Below are positions 19,201-27,916 of a stretch of DNA of 52,578 nucleotides, piece after piece. How positions within the stretch are numbered: position 1 is the first letter of the stretch; the number at the start of each line of letters is the position of its first letter. Position numbers and translations under genes: made by a program. Source of the DNA: a virus (lineage: Duplodnaviria > Caudoviricetes); the IMG/VR virus record IMGVR_UViG_3300025141_014116, positions 1-52,578 of that record. One strand, given 5' to 3'. Under the pieces are notes generated by a model, which saw nothing but the letters and a program-made list of their open reading frames with translations, ran no database searches and was not told the origin of the DNA.

Positions 19201-22200
19201 CGGCCGCCGACGAATCTTTCAGCAAAGGGGCCTTGGAGGGGTTTCCGGCCGTCATTACTGATTAAATCATCATGTAAATTAGTAAGAATAACATCCCTCT
19301 TGAGCTCGTAATTACGTGGGCCTGAGGAGTTAAAATCCGCAATCGATGAAGAATACATACTAAATGGAGCACCAACGTTACCATTGCCTCCCCATGGAGA
19401 TGTGAATGATGATCCGCTTTCATTTGGGGCCCCCAATAATGAAAAGCCTAGACGCGGCGAAGGAGTGGGGATAGTCGGACTATAGCGGGGCCTCTTTTTA
19501 AACCGCTGAATATTGCTCCCCGTTGCTGGGGCCATCATCACCTTTGCCGGAGCATTCGTCGGCCCAACCTTTCCCCCAAAAGGTCTTGTTTCTTCAAAAA
19601 CAATGCCTACTTGTTTGTTCGGAGAAAAGTTAGAGCCGGGGCTGAGAGGTGTACGCAATCGAGCGCTGATTCGATAGGGGCGATATGGAATTCGTACGCC
19701 ATATTCAATTTTCCTCTTGGCCTCCGGGACGTTCTTCTTATCTTCATCTTTACCCGGGTGGGTGTGCGGCGGCTTCCATGGTGTGTCCTGTGAGTGGTGA
19801 CCCGGCTTATCGGGCGAAGGGCTGTCGGATTCTGGGCTCGGGGCGCCACCACCGCCGGACGGCGCGCCGCCAGGGTGGAAGGGGGGATCCGGCAGGTTTA
19901 TGACCTCCGGCGGCGTTTCGACACTAGGAGGGGCGCCAGCGCTGGCCGGCGCGTTGGCATTGTTGTTGCCTGGGTTTGTCGTGGCGGGGCTTGTCAGGGT
20001 GGTCGTAAAAACGTCGGGGTATCTAACAATTCTGGGGATACGATGCTGGTATTTGTTCCTCTCTAATATATGACTTTCTATAGTGGTCCGGATTGATTCA
20101 CTAAAATCTGCGCCGGCGGGAACAAGCTGTTGCAAGATGCTTGTGAGAGCAGAGTCAAACCATTTATAAAACTCAATATAGTGATCAAGGTCCGGGATGT
20201 TGCCAACACGTAAAAAGAAGTTCTCTCGTAAAATGCGTAAGTCCTTATATTCGCGGCGGTACTTATTAACCGGATTACCTACTAAATTATTAAAATCTAC
20301 AATTTCAGAAAACATTTTGAGCATATTTTCCGAGATAGTCTGGTACATGCTCTTTTCGATGGCAAATTTAAAATTGATGGGACGTGAGTCTCGCTTAAAA
20401 ATAATATCATCCTGACGATTGAGTACCTTAATCATATCCATCGAGGTAAGCTGTTCGAAGTTTAAGAGTTCGGCTGCCAAGACATAATCAGGATCTATGA
20501 CTTGTGTAGAACTGGCTGGAAATCCATACCCTTGACCTGTATGTTGCGCTCCCAGTAAATTGCCTAATAGGCCATATTGAGAAGCCTGGGCTGCAACGGA
20601 GCCAGAGGAGAAGTCGGGAACTGTAAACTGACCCGAGGCGTTAGAGCCCGTAACGGTTTCAAAATCCCAGTTAAGAGCTAAGGTCTGATTTTGTTTAATT
20701 TCGGTGTTTTGCTGGGCGGCCGGTCCGTCAAACAGATATGCATTATGACTTGGGTTCTGGCGCCCATAGTTGTGTACATCTTGACCATGCAGCAGAAGGT
20801 CGGTTGCTGTAAGTTCATCAACCCAATAGCGACAAAAGCCCGGGCGTGAATCCGTACGAGTCAAAACTGCACCGGTGAAATCTTGGCGATGGGCGCCGAC
20901 ATAAACACGAGTGGAGCCAGTTATAAAGCCATATCCCACCGTGGTCGGGTTGAGAGACGCAGTAACGCTGAAGGAGTTAATCTGTGTTCCAGCATCTACT
21001 TGAGATCCCTTAAATTCTATAGTATAGTTAGGGGGTGACGAACCTGTAAAATTCCATCCCTCGCGGGTGCGAGATGGCTTAAGCGTAACAGCTAAAATCC
21101 AATTACTATTGCTGTATACATCGTCGAAATAAGATGAACTAAGTAAAGGAATTACTCCGCCGGCGGAAGAGGTAAGAACGAATCTAGCAGCGCGCGAGTT
21201 CCTCTCGTTGCGAACCGCATAAACTTGGAAATTAGCGTTATCCGGAGTATTCCATGTTAATGAATTCGGAGAGACTCCAAAACGTCCAACGGTGTGTCGG
21301 CCGAATAAAGAAGCGCTTAAATATCTAAACTCTTGGTTGCTATAGCCTTCGTCATATACCTCCGGCTTGTCAGGAAACAGAACATAGGTCTCAAGAGTAG
21401 ATGCGTAGCCTCCGGTAAGCTGATTGGATGCGCTTAAATAAGATACTGAGTTACTGTTTGAGCTCGCAGTTTGTTGGAACACAGTGCTATCAAAGCGCTG
21501 TTTATGATTAAAATCAACAAACGTTTTCTTAACTGAGTTGAGTTCCCTGTTGTTCCGGATGCGATACTCGATGTTATTGCCATAAACATTAATCTTGTAA
21601 ATTTCATCGTCGACACCGAAGCATCGGAGAACATTTCTAAAGGAGCGCAAAGTTCCCTTGCTCTTAAAAATGCTACTTAAATTATTGTAGATATTTTGAT
21701 AAATAGCATTTTTAATATCTGTGAGGCTCTTCTGATAAACTATGCTCTCACTTCGGTCGCCGAGTTGCTCAAGAATATCTGCATCTAAAAATAACTCTGG
21801 TACCAACAGACCTTTGGCCTCTAAAAGACGGTTTGCGATCGTATTAGGTTTGCGAGAGCCGCTTACATATTGGATTGCATGAACTTCATTCAATTGTTGA
21901 ATTTGTACATAGAGAGTATCCAGATAGCTACTCATAATTTGAGTTAACTTCTGTAGCTCGTTGCCGTTTTGACCGTCTGCCTCTTGTATCCACGATGGGA
22001 AGGTTGTAAGAAGCTGCGCTGGGTTATTTAAATCATGGGCCGAACCTGTTAGACCTAGGCGCGTTATCGTAGCCTCAACTGCCGGATGGGTACTATAAAT
22101 AATTGGATCTTTAAACTCAGCAGTGGCCGCCTCACTTTCGACAATAGCTGAGCCGGTGTTACGCGAGCCGTCAGCAGAGTAGCCAGTCCAGGAACCATTG

Positions 22201-24140
22201 GTTACTCGACCCGAATAATCTAGAATTGTAGTATCATAGGAAGTAGTGCCAGTAATCCCTTCATTGAACTTGTAATAGACCCCTAAGGTGGTATTTGCCG
22301 GATCTGTGTTGGTTCCTCCTCCTACTTGTGTAAACCAATAGCGCCCTATATCCTTGGAGCTTCGCTGTGTTTTCCAGTAACGGAACTCATCGAGAGAGGC
22401 CGATAGTTTACCGGAATAGGCAGACGCTATGGGAGCAGAAGAAGAAGGGGCGGCGGCAAGGGCACCAATGGTGGCCACAAGGCCCCCTTGGATTGGGCCG
22501 ATAGCGGACGCTGTTAGAGTAGTCAGGCCAGTACTCACATATTGTGTTTTATTCAAATTGCCATCAATATAAAACTTAGCTGTAATCGTGTTATTAAGGG
22601 GAGAATATGCCTGAATTTGATCATTTTCAATCTTGCCGCTGATGGCGAAGGCTGTCGGGGCGCCATTTACTAAGCTCGGTAATTGATTTGTAAAAGAGGG
22701 TACGTTTGTCCCGTCGAGTTGGTCGCGGGGGCCGTTGCCGAGTGGATACCAGGCGGTAAGATAATCTGCGGCACTATGACCCATAAGATCGTCGGGAACG
22801 CCGGAATTATATATTTCCTGGGCTTCTGCCAGGGAGAGTTCTTTTTTCCAGATACTTGCATTGTTAAGATTCCCGCCAAGGGAATATTGTAACAGATTGG
22901 CACTCTTACCGATCGTCGACGCCTGGTCGCCGCCCAGGAGGCCAGGGGCGCCGGCGGTCGAGGTGGAGTCGTCAGCGAGGACGCCATTAACATAAATATG
23001 TGATGCTCCGGCGATGCCGCCAGCATATGTAGCAACGACATGATACCATTCGCCGGTTGCAAGATTGACAGAACTCTTCCGCCAATTGGTGGCGGCATTT
23101 TTGAGGGTGATCTGGCCAGTGGCTGTGGTGATATAGAGCCTTCTGGTTCCGCCGCTATAGCCAAAGGACATCAAGTCCTCGGCGACTTCAGTAGAAGATC
23201 CATCACGATAGACCCATATTGATAAGGTGTATGGCTTCGCTGCAGTGCCGGCCCCACCTATAGAGGCATTCCAGTCATCCGTAACTCCAATTTGAATACC
23301 ATCATCTATTCCATCAAAATTAACAGATTTTCCTTCCGTTGTATTTTTGAGCGAGACAGCATAATGTTGCCACTGATCATTTGCCACCGAAGCTGTGGTG
23401 ACAGTGTTCTGCGCCAAAGACACCGATTGAAATCCCGTGGTGCCCGAAAGCACTGTGAGGCGCCATGGGCTAGCTGCAGCCGATGTTAACTCTAATCTAA
23501 AGCGACCGTACTGTGCTGAGCTCGTTAATTCATTATTCCACAGATCGAATATGACTTCTTTCTGAGTTTTAGTCGGGTCATAGGCTGCTTTACGCATCCA
23601 AAACTCTAACGTTGTACCGGTGGCCAAATTAAATTCTAGATTTGATTTACGATTTTGGGATGGTTCCCAAACATTGGCGGTTTGTGTGTGAGGCCCTCCT
23701 CCTAGGCCCGGGCCACCCTTAATAAAAATATATTCGGTGCTGGCAGGTAATCCGTAGCCCTGTGCAGCTGACGAAACCGCGCCCCAGCCTCCATAAGAAA
23801 AATTAATATACCCCGTGGTACGTGGATATTCATTATCAAAAACATGCTGATCTAAATACGAGCCACTGTTCCTCCATGCCAACCGTTCGTATAAAGAGCC
23901 GTCATATGGATAAGAATTATAAATGTACTTACAAGCATTAAGATAATATTGCTCTGCCGAGCCATATTGAGCAAACTCTTCTGGATGTGAAAAATTGAGA
24001 TTGGGCACAAACCGTTTCTCATTGACAATATCGGCCGCGTGAAATCTCTCGGACTCGACATTATTGCCAATTTGATCGGCTGTTTTGTTAGCAACTGTCT
24101 TAACAACAGAAACCTTTTCGAATAAACCTTTAAGTGTCAT
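13266..24140 (-). CDS. Giant (3624 aa) baseplate/tail-associated protein with multiple LamG/concanavalin-A-like domains
   Basis: LamG motifs (TLEFWM...WQHYAVS, WYHVVATY...IYVNG, LDEFRYW...LGVYYKFNEG). The segment IFKSKGTLRSFRNVLRCFG resembles the 'KGT' motif of baseplate wedge/P2 gpI-like proteins. Lies two genes downstream of the gp6-like gene. Confidence 0.7.
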   Translation of the reverse strand: MTLKGLFEKVSVVKTVANKTADQIGNNVESERFHAADIVNEKRFVPNLNFSHPEEFAQYGSAEQYYLNACKYIYNSYPYDGSLYERLAWRNSGSYLDQHVFDNEYPRTTGYINFSYGGWGAVSSAAQGYGLPASTEYIFIKGGPGLGGGPHTQTANVWEPSQNRKSNLEFNLATGTTLEFWMRKAAYDPTKTQKEVIFDLWNNELTSSAQYGRFRLELTSAAASPWRLTVLSGTTGFQSVSLAQNTVTTASVANDQWQHYAVSLKNTTEGKSVNFDGIDDGIQIGVTDDWNASIGGAGTAAKPYTLSIWVYRDGSSTEVAEDLMSFGYSGGTRRLYITTATGQITLKNAATNWRKSSVNLATGEWYHVVATYAGGIAGASHIYVNGVLADDSTSTAGAPGLLGGDQASTIGKSANLLQYSLGGNLNNASIWKKELSLAEAQEIYNSGVPDDLMGHSAADYLTAWYPLGNGPRDQLDGTNVPSFTNQLPSLVNGAPTAFAISGKIENDQIQAYSPLNNTITAKFYIDGNLNKTQYVSTGLTTLTASAIGPIQGGLVATIGALAAAPSSSAPIASAYSGKLSASLDEFRYWKTQRSSKDIGRYWFTQVGGGTNTDPANTTLGVYYKFNEGITGTTSYDTTILDYSGRVTNGSWTGYSADGSRNTGSAIVESEAATAEFKDPIIYSTHPAVEATITRLGLTGSAHDLNNPAQLLTTFPSWIQEADGQNGNELQKLTQIMSSYLDTLYVQIQQLNEVHAIQYVSGSRKPNTIANRLLEAKGLLVPELFLDADILEQLGDRSESIVYQKSLTDIKNAIYQNIYNNLSSIFKSKGTLRSFRNVLRCFGVDDEIYKINVYGNNIEYRIRNNRELNSVKKTFVDFNHKQRFDSTVFQQTASSNSNSVSYLSASNQLTGGYASTLETYVLFPDKPEVYDEGYSNQEFRYLSASLFGRHTVGRFGVSPNSLTWNTPDNANFQVYAVRNERNSRAARFVLTSSAGGVIPLLSSSYFDDVYSNSNWILAVTLKPSRTREGWNFTGSSPPNYTIEFKGSQVDAGTQINSFSVTASLNPTTVGYGFITGSTRVYVGAHRQDFTGAVLTRTDSRPGFCRYWVDELTATDLLLHGQDVHNYGRQNPSHNAYLFDGPAAQQNTEIKQNQTLALNWDFETVTGSNASGQFTVPDFSSGSVAAQASQYGLLGNLLGAQHTGQGYGFPASSTQVIDPDYVLAAELLNFEQLTSMDMIKVLNRQDDIIFKRDSRPINFKFAIEKSMYQTISENMLKMFSEIVDFNNLVGNPVNKYRREYKDLRILRENFFLRVGNIPDLDHYIEFYKWFDSALTSILQQLVPAGADFSESIRTTIESHILERNKYQHRIPRIVRYPDVFTTTLTSPATTNPGNNNANAPASAGAPPSVETPPEVINLPDPPFHPGGAPSGGGGAPSPESDSPSPDKPGHHSQDTPWKPPHTHPGKDEDKKNVPEAKRKIEYGVRIPYRPYRISARLRTPLSPGSNFSPNKQVGIVFEETRPFGGKVGPTNAPAKVMMAPATGSNIQRFKKRPRYSPTIPTPSPRLGFSLLGAPNESGSSFTSPWGGNGNVGAPFSMYSSSIADFNSSGPRNYELKRDVILTNLHDDLISNDGRKPLQGPFAERFVGGREYRHVEPMATTRQEGWLIRLGYQKVSSSGGGFISGRNIGLLPPNFTSYTAGTGFTENPNTPVGNLWRNVGTKRPVNISNILITTESLGTRLSGTIAHGRIGNYNQNLQVIQAPGRTTNDLFFERTNFSFASYPETLATRGRFPLLTPTTETPNVGGNLDYQLPNRDGPNSNETVMVCLFRSPGSYESVSRGYLEPPHEEKSVYSVLPYRNLRVRDYGYPGTTSGSTSVLPDKSITGSIRVVDQINHQRGLKQLQTLHCGQYGLDAVYGSPTQTRLSASWHKVNMNPRKRIKETGATSYITSSWYDNWYIQHPIPRSTQGYMWVTSSLQRGASIFGYSHLSGGYFIPTLPVITSSTTPAVEIDESPASGWMSRLETNFDNLNLLLYDPITSSINTLGYPLTKNLTAYRILARDEKLKRRVRIGDIFHHLMLMRNGPYQWPSWKQMRVAESPVMRHNRKNNLITIVTQTAYDREINSTRGNSFRQYVEPAMYSEEHPIVHRMKVSAFTPEVQQTTNAADASVQYGAANSNVVLTNTYGNKLINFADYDLNSRVPNSSNPAAADLYVNRINNLIFKSNNDSDLGAAISGISLVYRQRVYPAAYNSYLGRTFLRQNFSIDRYWNDRRKLRTSIPIQQGFTTRNSQGQIILSQSAWPLDAHVNFKTVVPILPGINPGASMGDGELQNSYSRYGKAGRNSISGAVTYAWKVPVGSDTYGNLALGGGTEFQLSGTYAGTSDYHTRIPHETYKVYSKNIMLIGKDHSLVPEFRISEHLEEYYETNKEDFFTLDNIDDWFEITGSKYANSSQDGFFRDYANSDFMKFFKFVDTAESAELVDGSVLEKSQFGLMCTALVKPLPYEGFFPAEYALKLGTLFSKSITDDVALNGTDADGKETSYRATWRAFLEPWTSLLLNSVKSGIAVGSHICTAHERAGKLYDISKPRASASANCRNTTFPEGIVNYGSSSLLSASSNRSDNFYNFQRVPFEALYRPAIGFSANVVSGSSSTKGSFYDNGLASASLSQSAGTTSQLNKVRWSGQASPLYNLAIDNFLASSMYWFIDESQRPVFRSKPEGQFKEDVIAGQHYAMTFNLRRTLGKDLRADRTNFEMYNRATAFGAPFVLDSGSAQTTSAVSSSGYIDLTSSIAIAGKAASGYILLTASRGPGVKANGYVRIWSYADNVAGQRMYFTGSSGTVYTFILSDGPTAVINEENTEWDVNVGTSNTTQRENLFTAITNSAFVKTGGTCNKGGTEYVQLTQSTAGPDYNYGIEYTFAGASKSGFANGATGSWTGSLNCDAYTISDGGTDGSTTAFDFYLQQQAGLCAEGAEDKMVALITSSAMQTGTNLAAAINAQAAFNVTATATNHEPSTVLNTSRVVVTNGTTGSDGNVAITAVTNSLGYPGLNRFSKVHGMAGGAMARYSLTSGDSFTLRDGGTDGSATTTTFTMKGSPSLGTDFQLLAENAATTATNFINKLHDSATMNISGTVNGSAANARISLTNQGGGSAGNKNIWSSITSASYYASGGMAGGINGTSTIVHSASQAPNLPSYFYGKSSVTILTSASFGAAPTLGDLLSNAKYIYSRDYESDNYHTGAVGYWFAQQLSESYHLNTIRQAKIKGTTDLEVVWEIAPKWECPVLDFSDIASSVTLPPQSATPMAADADRRLTSVGMWHQYGQIPTGHNGVFASIDTPTSVTLAGQTYRAPRSLADLVGFEEGVEKRLGTVREGLRVKEAVIAVPFILASDGRRKFFKLPRSARRAPEIDQHLKTYIFPPLFEKEKVAMYVFEFHVDLTKQDLTDIWQNVLPQKFRDPTASPCTAVFQHDARIQLDPIGAGELINKTTRKLREDLRWLVFRVKQRAQSNFESFREQYTTELIDDPCEPQLITETDTRSRSRNKYTYNWPYDWLSLVELVKIDESITYTGRGGDCDDAPPSAPPSPTAASAAPQNIPTAPAVPTSNFTATAAALPGLGSSPLIDPDWFGDE
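14620..15815 (-). repeat. Three nested ~100-130 aa protein repeats inside the giant ORF
   Basis: Three consecutive (S/A)(S/N)GY(I/V)x(L/I) strands, then three bodies ending GFANG, GMAGG and GMAGG; DGGTDGS occurs twice (~15291-15311 and ~14901-14921). Confidence 0.65.
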
Positions 24141-24150
24141 CTTATCCTAA

Positions 24151-25662
24151 TTATTCAGTAACCCTAAATTTAAACTCTTCAGGCTGTTCTATCCAACCTC
24201 CTATAGAGTCATTATAATAGGATAATTTAATTTTATACATATATCCGGCCTCCAAAAGCGACATGTCCAAGTCAAAGTAGTTGCCATCGCCATCATAGGA
24301 TAAGAAGGTGTGATAGGTGGATCCCGTTCCATAAGGAACAGCGGCAAATGTGTCCGTAACCCGTTTAATTGTATAGGACGCACTCGTAATAATGTCAGTG
24401 GGGTTTTTAGCTGTAGAGACCGTGTACACTGTTGGGCTCCAATTCTTGTCTCGAACAAAGAAGCGGAATCGAGAGGTATCCTTTCGAGAATAACTCTTCT
24501 TAAGATATACGGCGCTTGTTGCCTTATTAAAAGTAGGTGCCACGCCATAGCGAGGCATCAACTCTGGATATAAAGAGCCGGTAAAATATTGAGTAGTGCC
24601 AGAATACCATACATCAAACATGGCTTGAAGTGGAGTAGTGGACGCAGTGATACAGAGAGATGCTGAGTAGACGCCGCGGCTAACATATCCGCCCGTTACA
24701 TGAGTTTTTCCGTTATGCAAAAGCAATTTGGATCCGGTGGGGGCCGTGGAGCCAGAGTAAAGAGAAACGAAAATTGAACCTGTGCCCACTGCAGGAATAT
24801 TAACCAATCGCCCTTTTACGTAATTGTAATAATAAAGACGATTACGATTGTCGATAGCTGGCGCATTAGAGCTTGAATAATAAAAGTTTTCACGATTATC
24901 CATAGTACGCGAATCCCATCGTGCCTCTATTGTTGGTCTTTTAAAGAAGTATTGAGAAGATCGAGCTGAAAATCGTTTTGTATAATATGTGTCGATTGAG
25001 CCGACAGTGTTCTGAATAGCGCCACTGGTGTCGTTCCCCGTAGAGCTTGAATAGTACGCCTCAAGAGTATCAGGGAGCTTAATGATCAGTCCATTATTTG
25101 CCAGTGTGCCGGACATCCAACGCTCTACCGTGGGGGATATGTCTATTTCTAGATCCTCCGGGCCCTTAGCGAAGCTAGCTGAATATACCGGTAATGAATT
25201 ATAGTGTCCTCCAATGTCGGGAGAGGCAGCGGGGCCCCAGATATTACCCGCGGATCTCTTCATCCAATTAGCGGTACCTATATCACTATACTCTTCCATG
25301 TCGAGGCCAGTGCCCTCCGACCACGACTGTGAGACGGCATGAATATTGAGCGAAAAGTCTTGAGGCAGTGTAAAAGCAGTTTCTACATTAAACAGACGTA
25401 GAAAAAACGATACGTTTCCTGATGCGGGCAACGAGCCGGCCGTCCGGTCAGAAGACAAAGTTGCAATAGGAAACTGTACCAAGGTCCTTGCTAGTTCTTG
25501 TGACTTGCCTTTAGCTGACGAGGATGTCTGGCCAGATATAGAATAGACTTCGAGCGAGTCAGCATACCCCATATTGGAGCCCGTGCCGCGGGTCGTCAGT
25601 GTATAATCGTAACCATTGGTGATAATGGTGTCCTGGCTCGCGATATAGCGCCTGATTCCCAT
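24151..25662 (-). CDS. Virion protein with N-terminal DNRLRE/CBM96-like beta-sandwich domain
   Basis: ASQDTII...NMG....LEV...RTLVQF...LRLF...IHAVSQSWSEG...W...IDISPTVERW....NNGLIIK...PTIEARW follows the DNRLRE-domain pattern. Confidence 0.6.
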   Translation of the reverse strand: MGIRRYIASQDTIITNGYDYTLTTRGTGSNMGYADSLEVYSISGQTSSSAKGKSQELARTLVQFPIATLSSDRTAGSLPASGNVSFFLRLFNVETAFTLPQDFSLNIHAVSQSWSEGTGLDMEEYSDIGTANWMKRSAGNIWGPAASPDIGGHYNSLPVYSASFAKGPEDLEIDISPTVERWMSGTLANNGLIIKLPDTLEAYYSSSTGNDTSGAIQNTVGSIDTYYTKRFSARSSQYFFKRPTIEARWDSRTMDNRENFYYSSSNAPAIDNRNRLYYYNYVKGRLVNIPAVGTGSIFVSLYSGSTAPTGSKLLLHNGKTHVTGGYVSRGVYSASLCITASTTPLQAMFDVWYSGTTQYFTGSLYPELMPRYGVAPTFNKATSAVYLKKSYSRKDTSRFRFFVRDKNWSPTVYTVSTAKNPTDIITSASYTIKRVTDTFAAVPYGTGSTYHTFLSYDGDGNYFDLDMSLLEAGYMYKIKLSYYNDSIGGWIEQPEEFKFRVTE

Positions 25663-27479
25663 TATGTAACACTCCCTTGTATGTCGCCGCCCGGGAATTT
25701 CAATTCAAAAATCACATCCACTGGGGCGCTGATAAAACGACCATCGACAGACATGCTCGCATCAAAATTAAAACTACTCTCGGAATACGGTGTCCCCTGC
25801 CGATGTAAAATAGCTACATCTAACACATCGACGACGCCCGGTACTCGATGCAATTCTTTATAAATATCAACAATTTGAAGGGACTCTCCTAAATCAAACC
25901 GGCGCCGGCTGTAAACATTTCGTAGGCGCTGGGTTGCCAAATTTACAACGTTGAACCGGTTCTCCTCATAATCTGCCACTATAGTAAAATTTATCCCAAA
26001 ATTCACCACGCGTGCGTCGCGAATATCAATTGTATCATTAACCATTTTATAGTTCGCGAGCCATGTTTTTAAGTTTTGTTTGATTGTCTGATTAGTCGTA
26101 GTGAAGAATCCCTTTTGATCGTAAGATATAACAAACATGTTTAAATTTCTTTTAAAAGAATTAAAATCCCTTTCAAAAGAACAGCGTTGGATTCCCCCAA
26201 AACTAGGAGGCATCGCGTAACTAATTGCCTTATAATCTTCTAAAGTAACGGCTCGATTTTGTGCGGCGAAATGACTATAAACACGCTGTTTAAGTTCGTC
26301 TACATTCGGGATAGAAACACTTCCAACGATTGGCTCTTCATTAGATACTTCCAATGAGTTCTGAACAGTGCCTATTTGGCCGGGATTTAAAGCTGTACTA
26401 TTCTTAAAGGCAAAAAGAGGAATAGCAACACCTGACAATTTCTTAGCGGCGACATTCACATCCTGGGCATCATTTAGTCGATAAACAATGGTGAGGCGTG
26501 TATTAGAAGGGCCCACTCCAAACTTGTCTGTACTAGTTAAATTAGTGGGATCAAAATCAGGTTGAGTAATATAGTCCCGGCCATGTAATTTTAAAACAAT
26601 TTTACTCGGGTCTACCACTGACTCGTTCGTTAACTCCTTTTCTGATCCGTACCCAAATTGAAGATAGGCCTGGTTGACCGTCTTCTCTAAAGTAAACCGT
26701 CGCGTGACCGGGATGGCCTTTAGGATTGATGGAGCGGAGTTTCGGTCTGCATTATTATTAATAATTGCTTTGAAAACGACTTCCTGGGCCAAATGATCAA
26801 CCTGATAATAACGATGGCCCTCTGAATCTGTAACACGGGTGATCTCTACGGGATTGGCAATATCGAGGAAGACTTTACGAAATTTTGAAAATCCGCCAAT
26901 ATCTACTTGTTGGCTCCTAAGCTGCCCAGAGATTACTGTGCCAGCGGACTTAACTGCATAACTAGTGGGCACCCCTGTTACGGAGTCGACTTTATCAACC
27001 ACTACGCGATTAGAGGTGACCGAAAAGTCTACATCATTGATTAAAGTAAATAGTTGGCCCCCCTGCGCAGTGAAGGTTGAGTTAGCTTTTAGAATAGGCA
27101 TATACGCCTGGTTTGGTGCGCCAGCACTGTCAGCCGGCACAGAAATGTAAAATTCAGCAATCCCTGTAGATGAAAAATCAGTTGAGTATTTATACCCCAG
27201 CTGCCGGGCGATTTTAACTACATTTTGATATTCCCCGGCAGTGTCTAAAAAACTTTCATTTAAATTGTAATCCAAATAGAATGATAGAACATCCCCCACG
27301 TAAGATACTGTGTCTAATACTAGGGAACCAAAGCCAGCAGTATTAAAATCTTGGTAGGAATCAGGATAATATCGCTTTACATAATCTAGTAAGCTAGCGC
27401 GGATTGATCCAAAATCTCGCCCCGCATAATTAATTACCTTTAGCTGTTTTGTGCTATTGTTTGCCCTATCATCTGCCAT
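25662..27479 (-). CDS. Baseplate wedge protein (T4 gp6 / baseplate J-like)
   Basis: INYAGRDFGSIRASLLDY...YQDFN..GFGSLVLD.VSYVGDVLSFYLD..LNESFLDTA, LQFGYG and AQNRAVTLEDY are hallmark gp6 motifs; adjacent to the gp25-like gene. Confidence 0.9.
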   Translation of the reverse strand: MADDRANNSTKQLKVINYAGRDFGSIRASLLDYVKRYYPDSYQDFNTAGFGSLVLDTVSYVGDVLSFYLDYNLNESFLDTAGEYQNVVKIARQLGYKYSTDFSSTGIAEFYISVPADSAGAPNQAYMPILKANSTFTAQGGQLFTLINDVDFSVTSNRVVVDKVDSVTGVPTSYAVKSAGTVISGQLRSQQVDIGGFSKFRKVFLDIANPVEITRVTDSEGHRYYQVDHLAQEVVFKAIINNNADRNSAPSILKAIPVTRRFTLEKTVNQAYLQFGYGSEKELTNESVVDPSKIVLKLHGRDYITQPDFDPTNLTSTDKFGVGPSNTRLTIVYRLNDAQDVNVAAKKLSGVAIPLFAFKNSTALNPGQIGTVQNSLEVSNEEPIVGSVSIPNVDELKQRVYSHFAAQNRAVTLEDYKAISYAMPPSFGGIQRCSFERDFNSFKRNLNMFVISYDQKGFFTTTNQTIKQNLKTWLANYKMVNDTIDIRDARVVNFGINFTIVADYEENRFNVVNLATQRLRNVYSRRRFDLGESLQIVDIYKELHRVPGVVDVLDVAILHRQGTPYSESSFNFDASMSVDGRFISAPVDVIFELKFPGGDIQGSVT

Positions 27480-27502
27480 TTTTTAAAGATCCCATATAAT
27501 TC

Positions 27503-27898
27503 TTAGGTCGCTGTCGTCGTTGATAAAATTTCTATAACTTCAGTGTCCGTATTGCCCCCTAAATTGTAATGTATTGCCATCTTTAGAAGGTGATCGCCAG
27601 CCTGGGAACCTTCCGAGTCATTAAAATGGATGTGCTCTAATTGTATAAAATTCATATATCTGGCGACCTGGGTTCGGATCTGTTGTCCTATTGTTCTATG
27701 CAGCGCTCTCGTATTTTGCTCAAATAAATAATGGCGTAAGCCTGCCCCAAAATGGGGATCCATAACCCGCTCGCCGGGAGCTGTTAAAAGTAAATTTTTA
27801 AAATTTTGTTGAACCACTGCACTGACAGTTTTATTCAGCGAATAAGCGCCGACGTCGTTATCTATTAGCAGCGGAAACTTGGGGGATATACCAATCAT
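27503..27898 (-). CDS. Baseplate wedge / sheath initiator (T4 gp25, GPW-like)
   Basis: VQQNFKNLLLTAPGERVMDPHFGAGLRHYLFE is the GPW_gp25 signature; GGAGAGG RBS upstream. Confidence 0.92.
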   Translation of the reverse strand: MIGISPKFPLLIDNDVGAYSLNKTVSAVVQQNFKNLLLTAPGERVMDPHFGAGLRHYLFEQNTRALHRTIGQQIRTQVARYMNFIQLEHIHFNDSEGSQAGDHLLKMAIHYNLGGNTDTEVIEILSTTTAT

Positions 27899-27916
27899 GC
27901 TCTACCTCTCCACCCC

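Noticed and set aside
22670-23164. 164-aa same-strand alternative-frame ORF inside the LamG insert
   Set aside because: Explained by local GC richness reducing stop codons; the main frame carries the LamG motifs.
13266-24140. Intein or diversity-generating retroelement target in the giant ORF
   Set aside because: No intein splice motifs (C/S start with HN-C/S/T end) or LAGLIDADG noticed; no reverse transcriptase or adenine-variable repeat pair seen in the window.
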